DNA from: a virus
Taxonomy: Duplodnaviria; Caudoviricetes
Direction: 5' to 3' (one strand)
Virus record (IMG/VR): IMGVR_UViG_3300010148_000030
Span: 1 to 41,254 of that record
Length of the DNA: 41,254 nucleotides
Part shown: one piece after another, positions 18,733-27,379 of the stretch
How positions within the stretch are numbered: the first letter of the stretch is position 1
Layout: the number at the start of each line of letters is the position of its first letter
Made by a program: the position numbers and the translations under genes
The notes under the pieces: model-generated
The model's database searches: none
Seen by the model: the letters and a program-made list of their open reading frames with translations, nothing else
Told to the model about the DNA's origin: nothing

Positions 18733-19692
18733 ATGATTACCCACAAGCCACCACGCCCATACCCTGTGCCGAACCATGAGGACTTGTTCTCATGTTATGA
18801 TTGGCACCCCGGTATGCCCGACAATATCATTCTCCGTATGAGCAAGTCCTCGCTGGGGGAGTCCACCTTTTGCGCTCAACAATACGGGTTAAAGCGAATC
18901 ATCGGCATGAAGGAACCACAGAACGATAACATGCTACGGGGCACCAATGTCCACGACGCTGTTGAAGGGTTCTATGACAGGGTGGATATTGAGAAGGCTC
19001 ACGAAGCGGCTCAATGGGAGAACGAGGGTGATCTTGACACTTATTTCCGTGAGTGTTTCCCTACTTCAAAAGAAATCCGTTCAGCACAGGATTCATTCTT
19101 TTTAGACGAGGATCTGCACATTGACCGTTTCCGTGTGAAAGAAATTGACCGTTTTCTATCCAGCAACCCCGACAATTTCTTACCGACTGGAAACGAATTA
19201 GAGGTTGATGTGGTGGCTACACTCAATGTTGACGGCATTCCTCAACGCATACACATTAACGGGTTTATTGACCGCATTTATACCAACCCCGACGGGACAC
19301 TACACATTCACGAACTCAAGACAGGTGCATGGAAAGAGGCCAAATACAAATATGAAGCCATGAGAAAAGAGATGGCGTTTTATGTTTGGGCGTTGCGAAA
19401 GTCCGACCCTTCGGCGCAAATCACTCACTGGGGTTGGGATCATACGAAAGGCGTCAAAGGAACAGATACCGAGGACGCTGAAATGTTCCGTTTCGTTGAG
19501 GCAGTTCGTGTTAAAGAAATTGGCTTGATGATGGCTGATATGCACAACCTTGTCCGTATGCACCGCCGCTACAAGGGCGACGGCGACATCAGCATGTTCC
19601 CACTTATTGCACCCGGTCGTCAATACTCAATATGCGACCCGTGGTGCGCTCTCAAAGAGTTCTGTCCTCGTTATCAAACTCATTTGGAGTGA
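18733..19692 (+). CDS. Cas4-like PD-(D/E)xK exonuclease with Fe-S cysteines
   Basis: N-terminal Cys, GTNVH, GFIDRI, ELKTG and C-terminal CDPWC...CP. Confidence 0.85.
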   Translation: MITHKPPRPYPVPNHEDLFSCYDWHPGMPDNIILRMSKSSLGESTFCAQQYGLKRIIGMKEPQNDNMLRGTNVHDAVEGFYDRVDIEKAHEAAQWENEGDLDTYFRECFPTSKEIRSAQDSFFLDEDLHIDRFRVKEIDRFLSSNPDNFLPTGNELEVDVVATLNVDGIPQRIHINGFIDRIYTNPDGTLHIHELKTGAWKEAKYKYEAMRKEMAFYVWALRKSDPSAQITHWGWDHTKGVKGTDTEDAEMFRFVEAVRVKEIGLMMADMHNLVRMHRRYKGDGDISMFPLIAPGRQYSICDPWCALKEFCPRYQTHLE

Positions 19693-19712
19693 GTATTATG
19701 ACACGAAGCACC
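19689..19712 (+). repeat. 24-bp direct repeat, copy 1
   Basis: GTGAGTATTATGACACGAAGCACC, identical to 20861-20884. Confidence 0.95.
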
Positions 19713-20864
19713 GAACTAATACATGGCGATTGCCTCGCTATCCTTGAGAAAATGGAGGACAACAGTGTTGACTCCATTGTCACCGATCCACCATACGGAC
19801 TGTCCTTCATGGGTAAAAAGTGGGACTACAATGTGCCTTCGGTTGAAATGTGGAAAGAGGCTTTCCGTGTGTTGAAACCGGGAGGACACTTGCTTTCATT
19901 TGCTGGTTCACGCACTTATCATCGCATGGCTGTGAACATTGAGGATGCTGGGTTCCGCATAAGAGATCAAATTATGTGGGTCTATGGGTCGGGCTTCCCG
20001 AAAAGCCAGTCCATCAGCAAGAACATTGACAAAAAAGCGGGCCGCTATGTTGAGGGAGAAGTTCTTCCTTCATCACGAAAGGTGAAGGGGCCGTTGGGGT
20101 TCAACATGAAAGGGAAGACTTCGGAGAATCCACAAACTGACGAAGCAAAACAGTGGCAGGGGTGGGGTTCAGCCCTCAAACCTGCTCACGAACCTATCGT
20201 TCTTGCTCAAAAGCCGTTCACTGGAACTATCATTGAGAATGTGCTTGAGCATGGCACAGGGGGGTTGAACATTGACGGTTGCCGTGTCGGTCAAGAGGGA
20301 GGAACTTCACGAATCAATGGGTCAAATGCGGGAAAGCCAAGAGATACACTACATGGGGGCAATTTTGGCATTCAAGACATAGGCAAAGGTCGTTTCCCTG
20401 CCAATTTTATTCACGATGGCTCGGATGAAGTCGTGAGCCTGTTTCCCGAATCCACAGGTGGGCACGCCCCTAAAAAATCAAAAGCAAATCCGTTTGGTGG
20501 TGTAAATGAAACAGAAAGGAAAGAGATACATTATGCGGCAGGTTCAGCCGCCCGATTCTTTTACTGCGCTAAGGCGCAACAATCCGAAAAAGGAGAGAAC
20601 AACAATCATCCGACAGTCAAACCTGTCGCTTTGATGAAATACCTATGCCGACTCATCACCCCTCCCAACGGAGTCGTCTTGGATCCGTTCATGGGGAGTG
20701 GGACTACTGGTATTGCGGCGAATGTGGAGGGCTTCAATTTCATTGGCATTGAGCGTGAAGAAGAATACATCGGCATCGCACGCCACAGGATTTCGCATTG
20801 GATTGAAATAGAGGAACAAAAAGTGCGTGTCCTTCGGGCGCAAAGGTCGCTCTTTGAATGGTGA
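19698..20864 (+). CDS. Amino (N6-A/N4-C) DNA methyltransferase, beta class
   Basis: GDCL, TDPPY (motif IV) and HPTVKP precede DPFMGSGTT (motif I). Confidence 0.93.
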   Translation: MTRSTELIHGDCLAILEKMEDNSVDSIVTDPPYGLSFMGKKWDYNVPSVEMWKEAFRVLKPGGHLLSFAGSRTYHRMAVNIEDAGFRIRDQIMWVYGSGFPKSQSISKNIDKKAGRYVEGEVLPSSRKVKGPLGFNMKGKTSENPQTDEAKQWQGWGSALKPAHEPIVLAQKPFTGTIIENVLEHGTGGLNIDGCRVGQEGGTSRINGSNAGKPRDTLHGGNFGIQDIGKGRFPANFIHDGSDEVVSLFPESTGGHAPKKSKANPFGGVNETERKEIHYAAGSAARFFYCAKAQQSEKGENNNHPTVKPVALMKYLCRLITPPNGVVLDPFMGSGTTGIAANVEGFNFIGIEREEEYIGIARHRISHWIEIEEQKVRVLRAQRSLFEW

Positions 20865-20884
20865 GTATTATGACACGAAGCACC
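20861..20884 (+). repeat. 24-bp direct repeat, copy 2
   Basis: Identical to 19689-19712. Confidence 0.95.
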
Positions 20885-21943
20885 CACATGTTCCGACATT
20901 TTCCCCGTGAGGTGGATATGCGAAAGCGGAAAGTGGTGCATAACATGGACGAACTTCAACGGTATGTCGCCGCCACGAACGGTGCTGACAACCTCACCAC
21001 TACTGTCTATGGTTTCCGTCAATTGAAGACGAAGGGGAACCGTGGTGAATACAACACGGCTGTGATCCCACACTTCGTCATTGACATGGACTACGAGCGA
21101 GCCATGAAAGAAGGCGTATCAGCCGCCCAAGCGGGCGAAAGGTGTTTCAAAGAAGTCTATGCACTCCATCAGCACCTTGTGTCAAACGACTGGCGACACG
21201 CTATGTGGTTCACCGGAGGCGGAGTTCACATTTGGGTTAGCCTTGACAAAACATACGAACCGACTTCAATTGAACTCGGTGATTTTTTACTCACTGGCCG
21301 TAAAATGATTGACGGTTGGGTTAAGCAGTGGGACTTATCCACGCTCGATCCAGTGGTTTCATTCCGACCCGACAGGCACATTCGCATTCCCAACACATAC
21401 AATTTCAAGCGAGGGCTGTGGGGTATGCCGCTGACAACCGAAGACATTGAGGCAGGTTGGGCATCGGTCATAGCGAAAGCCGACGAGCCTCATGGGGGCA
21501 TGGTGCCATACGGCACGAAAGGCATGGTTATCAAGACCAAGAAGCGAGATCCCGACGCACCATTTGAGGCTGAACCCGTTGAGGTGGACATGAAAAAGGT
21601 CGGCAAACTTACCATCCTCCCCTGTTTGGCGTCAGCCGCCTGTGAAAAGGGGAGCAACCCTACTCACGAAGCGAGGGTGTATCTTGCCATGTATTTGCAG
21701 GACAGGCTACGCTCTTTCGCAAGACCCCCTCGTTCATCACCAATCACCAACCGTAGCATAAAGGACACCATCGTGTCGTTCATTCGGGACTTGGATTGGT
21801 CGGACTACAACGAGGACATCACCGTATCATACATCAACCATAATGTTGATCGATACTACAAATCACCATCATGCCGCACCCTTCATCAAAAAGGGTATTG
21901 CATCGGGCGTTGTCCGTTCTATGACAGGAGTGGTGGAATATGA
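20870..21943 (+). CDS. Archaeo-eukaryotic primase, fused PriS catalytic domain plus PriL Fe-S domain
   Basis: IDMD, FTGGGVH, RHIRIPNT; C-terminal LPCL...HEAR...SPSCRTL..KGYCIGRC. Confidence 0.87.
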   Translation: MTRSTHMFRHFPREVDMRKRKVVHNMDELQRYVAATNGADNLTTTVYGFRQLKTKGNRGEYNTAVIPHFVIDMDYERAMKEGVSAAQAGERCFKEVYALHQHLVSNDWRHAMWFTGGGVHIWVSLDKTYEPTSIELGDFLLTGRKMIDGWVKQWDLSTLDPVVSFRPDRHIRIPNTYNFKRGLWGMPLTTEDIEAGWASVIAKADEPHGGMVPYGTKGMVIKTKKRDPDAPFEAEPVEVDMKKVGKLTILPCLASAACEKGSNPTHEARVYLAMYLQDRLRSFARPPRSSPITNRSIKDTIVSFIRDLDWSDYNEDITVSYINHNVDRYYKSPSCRTLHQKGYCIGRCPFYDRSGGI

Positions 21944-21947
21944 ATTA

Positions 21948-22005
21948 TTCAATTGGAAAATCAATTTTTCAATTGGAAAATCCCAAAACAGAATCCAATT
22001 GGAAA
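21948..22005 (+). repeat. AT-rich triple repeat of CAATTGGAAA
   Basis: TTCAATTGGAAAATC at 21948 and 21968; TCCAATTGGAAA at 21994. Confidence 0.85.
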
Positions 22006-22027
22006 TGCGAAAATGGAGAGGAATGAT

Positions 22028-22153
22028 ATGAGATTTACAACAAGACTATGTGTCAACAGAAAATGCAAGAATGTGGCGAGAACGGGGTTCCGAAAATGCC
22101 CATCGTGCATAAGCGGAAAGGTGATTAAAGATCTAACTGGGGAAGAGGAATGA
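22028..22153 (+). CDS. 41-aa Zn-finger protein
   Basis: MRFTTRLCVNRKC...KCPSC...GEEE*; SD-like GGAGAGG upstream. Confidence 0.6.
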   Translation: MRFTTRLCVNRKCKNVARTGFRKCPSCISGKVIKDLTGEEE

Positions 22154-22506
22154 AGCCGGAGTGGAATTGGATGAGCGACAAAGAAGACATTGAAAAAATA
22201 CGAGCAAAAAAGGTAGCCGAAATGCAAGCAAAGGTGAAAGGATTGGAGAAGGACTTTGAAGAAGTCCAAGCCATGCAAAATCAATTCACATGGAAAGACT
22301 TTGGCTTTGAAGAACCCGACTGGGGATTCCGATTAAGCGAAACTATGGAGGGTGCTTTTGAAATATGCCAACAAGGCCAAATAGTGGCTATGACCGCCGA
22401 CCCAAAATGGGCACTACTCGTCACCGACCTGCTAAACAGGGCACGCTTGGAAGAACTCATCATGTCAAAGCAAAATACAGGTGCCGAGGATGCGCCAAAG
22501 GAGTGA
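22150..22506 (+). CDS. Hypothetical protein
   Basis: Coupled ORF with N-terminal helix DIEKIRAKKVAEMQ. Confidence 0.65.
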   Translation: MKPEWNWMSDKEDIEKIRAKKVAEMQAKVKGLEKDFEEVQAMQNQFTWKDFGFEEPDWGFRLSETMEGAFEICQQGQIVAMTADPKWALLVTDLLNRARLEELIMSKQNTGAEDAPKE

Positions 22507-22592
22507 GAATCGTGCATCCTACACATCACCTTTGCCATCCCTGTTTCACCGCTTTGCGAAAGCGACACCCCGAAGTATTGAGAGGTGATTGA

Positions 22593-23300
22593 ATGGCTGA
22601 AAAAATCCTATATATTGACAACCGTGAGCGATCTGGTCTTGAAGAGGCCGTCAAGAAGCAAGCCGACAAGGCAAAAATTAAGTGGGAACTCAACCAAAAC
22701 CTGATCACAGACTACTGCTACGGTCAAATTGGCATTGAAGCAAAGAGCATAGCCGACTACATGCAATCGCTTCAAAGCGGGCACCTTGCCCACCAATTAG
22801 AGAATATGGATGAGAACTACAACCGCATGATACTGGTTATTCACGGCAAACTGGATGCCTATGTGGCGAGCCTCAAGCGAAGAGGCAACAGGACACCATA
22901 CGCCCGCATTCAAGCACAGTTCTTTGGTTCATTGTCAAGACTTGATGTTGACTTTGACCTAACAATTATGCAATTCCCTACACCATCAGCCGCCGCCTAC
23001 TGGATCGTAAAGCGTTGTCAAAAGGACGGAACACTTGGGAGCATTAGCACATACCGCACGCTACGGCGCACCTCAAGCGAGGACATGCGGATTGACGGGC
23101 TTCGTGGTATTGGTTGTAGTGAGGCTATCGCAAAGCGTTTGCTGGACTCGTTCGGCTCAATTGCTGAAATTGCTGGGGCTTCTGTAAAAGAATTGATGAA
23201 ACTTGAAGGCATTGGTAAAGTGCGTGCAAAGTCCATTGTTGAAGCATTGAACAGTGAGTCCCCTGTGGTAAAGGAGAGAGTCAAAATCACCAATGCCTAA
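22593..23300 (+). CDS. ERCC4/XPF-family structure-specific nuclease with tandem HhH
   Basis: IDNRE, DY, EAKSIAD (ERKxxxD-like), GIG...GIGKVRA HhH motifs. Confidence 0.88.
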   Translation: MAEKILYIDNRERSGLEEAVKKQADKAKIKWELNQNLITDYCYGQIGIEAKSIADYMQSLQSGHLAHQLENMDENYNRMILVIHGKLDAYVASLKRRGNRTPYARIQAQFFGSLSRLDVDFDLTIMQFPTPSAAAYWIVKRCQKDGTLGSISTYRTLRRTSSEDMRIDGLRGIGCSEAIAKRLLDSFGSIAEIAGASVKELMKLEGIGKVRAKSIVEALNSESPVVKERVKITNA

Positions 23301-23313
23301 GCGTTGATATAGG
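23299..23313 (+). promoter_or_regulatory. Putative promoter
   Basis: AAGCGTTGATATAGG, 13/15 identical to 5218-5232, in an intergenic gap. Confidence 0.5.
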
Positions 23314-23350
23314 GGATAACGATAGGGACAATTCCAACGGAGGCCAAAGC

Positions 23351-24889
23351 ATGACAGTATCAATCAACAGCGACATGAATGACATAATGGCTCAACAGCG
23401 ACAATGGGATGATTATGCCGTCGTCAGCAGTGATAATGAAGGATCGGAGTTCATTCGTGGCTATATTGAACGGTTCAACACAGTGTCATTCTTCAACGAA
23501 TACGCTGGCCTACTCTCCTTCTTTTTCGTCATGGGTCAATTATGCGCCCCGTATATGCGTGTCCCCATCCACGGGACTTTCATTGACTGTCGTGTTCACA
23601 CCTATTGGATTCAACAATCAAGGACAGGAAAGTCCATCGCATGGGAGTTCACTGATCGATTGCTTGAAGCGTGCGGTATTGAAAGCGACACCTTCACAGC
23701 AGGGTCGGACGCTAAACTCATCGGAACAGTCCAACAAACGCCCGTAGTGGACGACAATGGGCGTCCGACGGGTGAAGTCAACCATATTACCGTTCCCGGC
23801 CTTCTAAACGGCTACAAGACGCTTCTATTTGACGAAGCATCCATCCTACTCAACGACTCCAAAGCCCACTTCTCCGACAAAATCCTATACCTCCAACAAG
23901 CGATGGCTCCACTGGGGTCAAGAACGAACATTCTCGTTAAGCACCTTGTTGGTGGCGATGTGAGGACTCCATCGGGGGTATCACTTTGGATGACGACCTA
24001 TCCACCAAAGGACATCATGGCGCATGTGCTGGACAAAGGTTTCTTTCAGCGTGTGTTCCTGTTTCAAAATGACATCACCAGTGAACAGCGACAAACCACC
24101 AGCGAACACCGTGTTGGTGGCGCATACATGCGAACCGATGAGCGAATTATGGACTATGGGACACTCGCTGAATACTTGCAGGGTTCCGTTGATCTGATGA
24201 AGAACCGCCTGTTTGACGCTATGGGCATCACATGGGAAACCGTTGAGGTTCGCACCCCCGAAGGCGATGTTGAGGAACGCCGCATAGAGCGTGATGAAGT
24301 GTGGAACCGCATTCCCGAAGGGGAGAGGGAACAGGCCGCTATGCGCCACGCACACGACATATTCACCGTATCGGCTGGTTATCACCCAGCCCTACTCAAT
24401 GCAGTGGACGATTACTACGGACTGGTGAACAACATAGCCAGTGAAGCCGTGAGAGAAACAGCCCTGTCGTTCCTGCCGAACATTGAGAACTACACCATGA
24501 TTTTCGCAAACTTGATTGCGGTTCTCATGCGTGAAGATCAAATCACAGAAGACCACATAATGATGGCAAGCGAAATCATTTTTGACAACCTACATAACCT
24601 CACTATTTGGCTTGAACAGAAGGAGTCTGTTAAGGACAAGAAGAAGGTCACTGCCGAGCGTGCTTCTTGGGCGAAGGCGGCTGGAATGTGCAAGAAATAC
24701 ACCAGCGAAAAGGACGGTGTTGAGCGTGTTATGCAATCGGATCTGCTCAAGGTCTATGCGGCTCAACAGTCGGTTGCTGACATTACCGCTGAACGCCGAT
24801 TTAAGGCATTAAGGAAAGGCGGGCAGGTTGAAATCGTTAAGCAAGGAAAGGGCGGCAGGAATTATGTCGCCTTCAAATGGGGTGCTTGA
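23351..24889 (+). CDS. MCM-like AAA+ helicase, divergent
   Basis: Walker A SRTGKS, Walker B LLFDEA, LQQAM, FFQR arginine finger, winged-helix-like C-terminus. Confidence 0.65.
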   Translation: MTVSINSDMNDIMAQQRQWDDYAVVSSDNEGSEFIRGYIERFNTVSFFNEYAGLLSFFFVMGQLCAPYMRVPIHGTFIDCRVHTYWIQQSRTGKSIAWEFTDRLLEACGIESDTFTAGSDAKLIGTVQQTPVVDDNGRPTGEVNHITVPGLLNGYKTLLFDEASILLNDSKAHFSDKILYLQQAMAPLGSRTNILVKHLVGGDVRTPSGVSLWMTTYPPKDIMAHVLDKGFFQRVFLFQNDITSEQRQTTSEHRVGGAYMRTDERIMDYGTLAEYLQGSVDLMKNRLFDAMGITWETVEVRTPEGDVEERRIERDEVWNRIPEGEREQAAMRHAHDIFTVSAGYHPALLNAVDDYYGLVNNIASEAVRETALSFLPNIENYTMIFANLIAVLMREDQITEDHIMMASEIIFDNLHNLTIWLEQKESVKDKKKVTAERASWAKAAGMCKKYTSEKDGVERVMQSDLLKVYAAQQSVADITAERRFKALRKGGQVEIVKQGKGGRNYVAFKWGA

Positions 24890-24891
24890 GT

Positions 24892-25446
24892 ATGATGGGA
24901 ATTGCCGTGTTGTTTGACACAGCCCTTGAGGATGATGGATGGCGGGGTGAACTGAAACCCCTGCTAATCGCCACATGGGATGGACAAAAGGCCATCGTTT
25001 ATACCGACATTTCAATGAGTGAAAAATCCCTCAAGGTTGAATTGAGGGACATTGAATCCTTTGATTATGACATACTTAATGAAGCGGTCGGCCATAACCT
25101 GCACGGCAAGTTCCGTGAGGGCACCTTTGATGTGTTGAGAGCCGTAAAAAAGGCCAGTGCCCCTGTTCTCCAAAACGAAGGCAAGCGATTTGACCTTTAT
25201 GACCTCGCACGATGGAATGGGGTGCGTAGCCTCCCTGTTGAACTGGTTTCACGAATGAGGAAAGGTGTTTCTTGGTTGAAAGGTCAGCACATAAACTGTG
25301 CAAGGTGGGCTATTGAAGACGCTATGATGTGCTACGATCTGTATCATGCTGTGAAAAAGAACAAGCGAGTTCGTTTCCTTGACACGAAAACCGGAAAGAA
25401 GCCTTATGCCGATGTTTCGTGGCCTATCACTGACGAAGAGGAATGA
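24892..25446 (+). CDS. RNase H-fold/DEDD exonuclease-like protein, degenerate
   Basis: VGHN and WAIEDAMMCYDLY resemble Exo II/III; Exo I unclear. Confidence 0.45.
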   Translation: MMGIAVLFDTALEDDGWRGELKPLLIATWDGQKAIVYTDISMSEKSLKVELRDIESFDYDILNEAVGHNLHGKFREGTFDVLRAVKKASAPVLQNEGKRFDLYDLARWNGVRSLPVELVSRMRKGVSWLKGQHINCARWAIEDAMMCYDLYHAVKKNKRVRFLDTKTGKKPYADVSWPITDEEE

Positions 25447-25670
25447 ATATGGCGAAATGGTGGGAATGTCGCTCCGGCGAGTGCTTTGGCACGAACGGTG
25501 AGAATCACAGGATGTTCACCAGTGCTATGCGAAAACCTTGCTGTCGCAAATGCGGGCGTAAAGTCCGAATGTATCTCATGGATCCTCAACCACCCAAACC
25601 GGGTAAAGCGGAAAAACCACATCGCTTCAACGATTTGATGGATCAATGGGTTCGCAAATACAGAAAGTGA
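25443..25670 (+). CDS. Zn-ribbon protein
   Basis: CRSGEC...CRKCG; ATGA-coupled. Confidence 0.65.
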   Translation: MNMAKWWECRSGECFGTNGENHRMFTSAMRKPCCRKCGRKVRMYLMDPQPPKPGKAEKPHRFNDLMDQWVRKYRK

Positions 25671-25707
25671 TCGAAAACTTGAAGGTTTGAAGGGTCGTGG
25701 GAGAACT

Positions 25708-26949
25708 ATGTGGGGACATCGCAAAGCATTAGCGGGGGGGTGGGATGTCCTCAAAGCCGTCAATCTCAATTTAGGAGAGGACGACTTATCCGCCGCTAAC
25801 GAAGTCGCCAAACTCAAGGTCATGGATAACTTCTCGGCTGGTGGTGGCCTTGAGGGAATGGGAGCAGGTTGGAGTCAAGCCGCCCGTGATAGGGGGCACG
25901 ATGTGAGAACTGCTGAAATCATGTATGCCGGGAACCCCGACAAAGAATACGATGTGGATTTAGGCTACATGCCCGACTTGCCGGGCGACATCCTGCAATA
26001 CGATTTAGACGACTACTTGCGCTTGTTTGGTGGTAAAACACCCGATGTATTCTTTTCTTCACCACCATGCGAAGGGAACTCCGTTGCCGCTTTTGGGAGC
26101 AAACCGTGGGCGGATTGGGAGGGCGAAGATCAAAAGAAAAAGGATTTCAACCGAGCGAGGAACACAGGGGACGCTAATTTCTTCATGCGAGAAGGCGTTG
26201 GCCCAACGCCAACAAACGCCAAATCACAGGTTGGTCGGGCACTGTTGCTTCATCAATTGGGCATGATTGATCAATTGCAGGATTACAGGCTGAATAACGA
26301 AGGTCTTGATGCTGACGATCTAATGTATTGGTGGTTGGAGAACCCAACAGGGATGATGCGATTTCAACCCGAATTAGGGGTGCGTCCTATGGCACAGCCC
26401 TTGAAGGATTTCAAAGGGCAACCTGTGAAACCGAGAAGAGGACAACAAACTCCGTGGTCGTCTGTCACCCACGCTTCTTATTCCGGCCCATTCGCCGAAT
26501 TGCTTGGCTTTGACCGACACGACATACCGGGGCACCCAGCAATACCCTCTCGTAAGCCCACTGATTTGTGGACAAATGCCAGCAACATTTGGCAACCACG
26601 ACCTCACACTGCAATAGGACTGGCCGCTGATGCACCGGAATTGAACATGAGTCTTGAGGAACTACAAGCAAAGTTCGGAAACAGGGTGAAAGAAGTGCCG
26701 CCAGCACCAAAGCGACCGGGACACGCTGGGAAATACCACCAATGGGCACCGAGAGGGGCACGATCTGGAACTCAAGGAGTGGGTGACTTCAAAATGCCAA
26801 GCGGGCTGACGATGCCGAAATATCAAATGCGTTCATTGATTCCTTATGGATTGGGTCTTGACGCAATCACGGCTGTTGAAAGAGCAAAGGCGGGAATGCC
26901 GGGTCTTTACCCATCGCTCGGAAGCGGAGCGCAACAGTCCCTCTTTTAG
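25708..26949 (+). CDS. Divergent C5-cytosine DNA methyltransferase-like protein
   Basis: DNFSAGGG, DVFFSSPPCE, LENP, RKPTDLWTN, APRG..SGTQG and RSLIP motifs of the viral ENP-type C5 MTase group. Confidence 0.75.
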   Translation: MWGHRKALAGGWDVLKAVNLNLGEDDLSAANEVAKLKVMDNFSAGGGLEGMGAGWSQAARDRGHDVRTAEIMYAGNPDKEYDVDLGYMPDLPGDILQYDLDDYLRLFGGKTPDVFFSSPPCEGNSVAAFGSKPWADWEGEDQKKKDFNRARNTGDANFFMREGVGPTPTNAKSQVGRALLLHQLGMIDQLQDYRLNNEGLDADDLMYWWLENPTGMMRFQPELGVRPMAQPLKDFKGQPVKPRRGQQTPWSSVTHASYSGPFAELLGFDRHDIPGHPAIPSRKPTDLWTNASNIWQPRPHTAIGLAADAPELNMSLEELQAKFGNRVKEVPPAPKRPGHAGKYHQWAPRGARSGTQGVGDFKMPSGLTMPKYQMRSLIPYGLGLDAITAVERAKAGMPGLYPSLGSGAQQSLF

Positions 26950-27107
26950 CGCAAATGCTGACGGGACATTGAGGCGATAATCGCTTGGCGTTCATCCTCT
27001 TCGCTTCCATCCTCTTCGGGAGGGATTTCAATAAGGTTGAATACCTCATACATTATGAAAATCAAAAGCACTGTCAATGTCGCAAAAATCAAACTCCAAA
27101 TCATCAT
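26946..27107 (-). CDS. 53-aa single-pass membrane protein (absent from the ORF track)
   Basis: MMIWSLIFATLTVLLIFIMYEVF followed by an acidic tail; ATGA-coupled to the upstream - strand gene. Confidence 0.7.
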   Translation of the reverse strand: MMIWSLIFATLTVLLIFIMYEVFNLIEIPPEEDGSEEDERQAIIASMSRQHLR

Positions 27108-27379
27108 CTATCCCTCGTTGGTCGTTGTCCACCTGCACCTAACTGGCGACGCATTTTAGGTCTTGCGCCTGATCCACTGCCACGCTTCTTGTTTCTCTTG
27201 TATCGGTTGGCTGTTCGCTTTGATTTGTTTTTGCGGGAAACTCCCCACGCCCTTCTTTTTGCCTGTCGTTCAGCACGACCAGCCAAAGGATTTTTTGAAT
27301 ATCCTTGAAACTTTCCCTTTAAGACGCTGAATCCAACATCTGCGGCACGGGCTTCAACTTCGGTTTTGCGTGCCGCCAT
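27104..27379 (-). CDS. Very basic Arg/Lys-rich protein (possible DNA-condensing virion protein)
   Basis: Many R/K residues and few acidic ones after residue 20; coupled to the next ORF. Confidence 0.6.
   Translation of the reverse strand: MAARKTEVEARAADVGFSVLKGKFQGYSKNPLAGRAERQAKRRAWGVSRKNKSKRTANRYKRNKKRGSGSGARPKMRRQLGAGGQRPTRDR

Noticed and set aside
18733-19692. CRISPR-Cas system
   Set aside because: Solo Cas4-like nuclease; no repeat-spacer array or other cas genes seen.
27020-27047. Hairpin terminator between convergent operons
   Set aside because: The stem is imperfect and lies inside the 26946-27107 membrane-protein ORF; the operons meet with overlapping stops.
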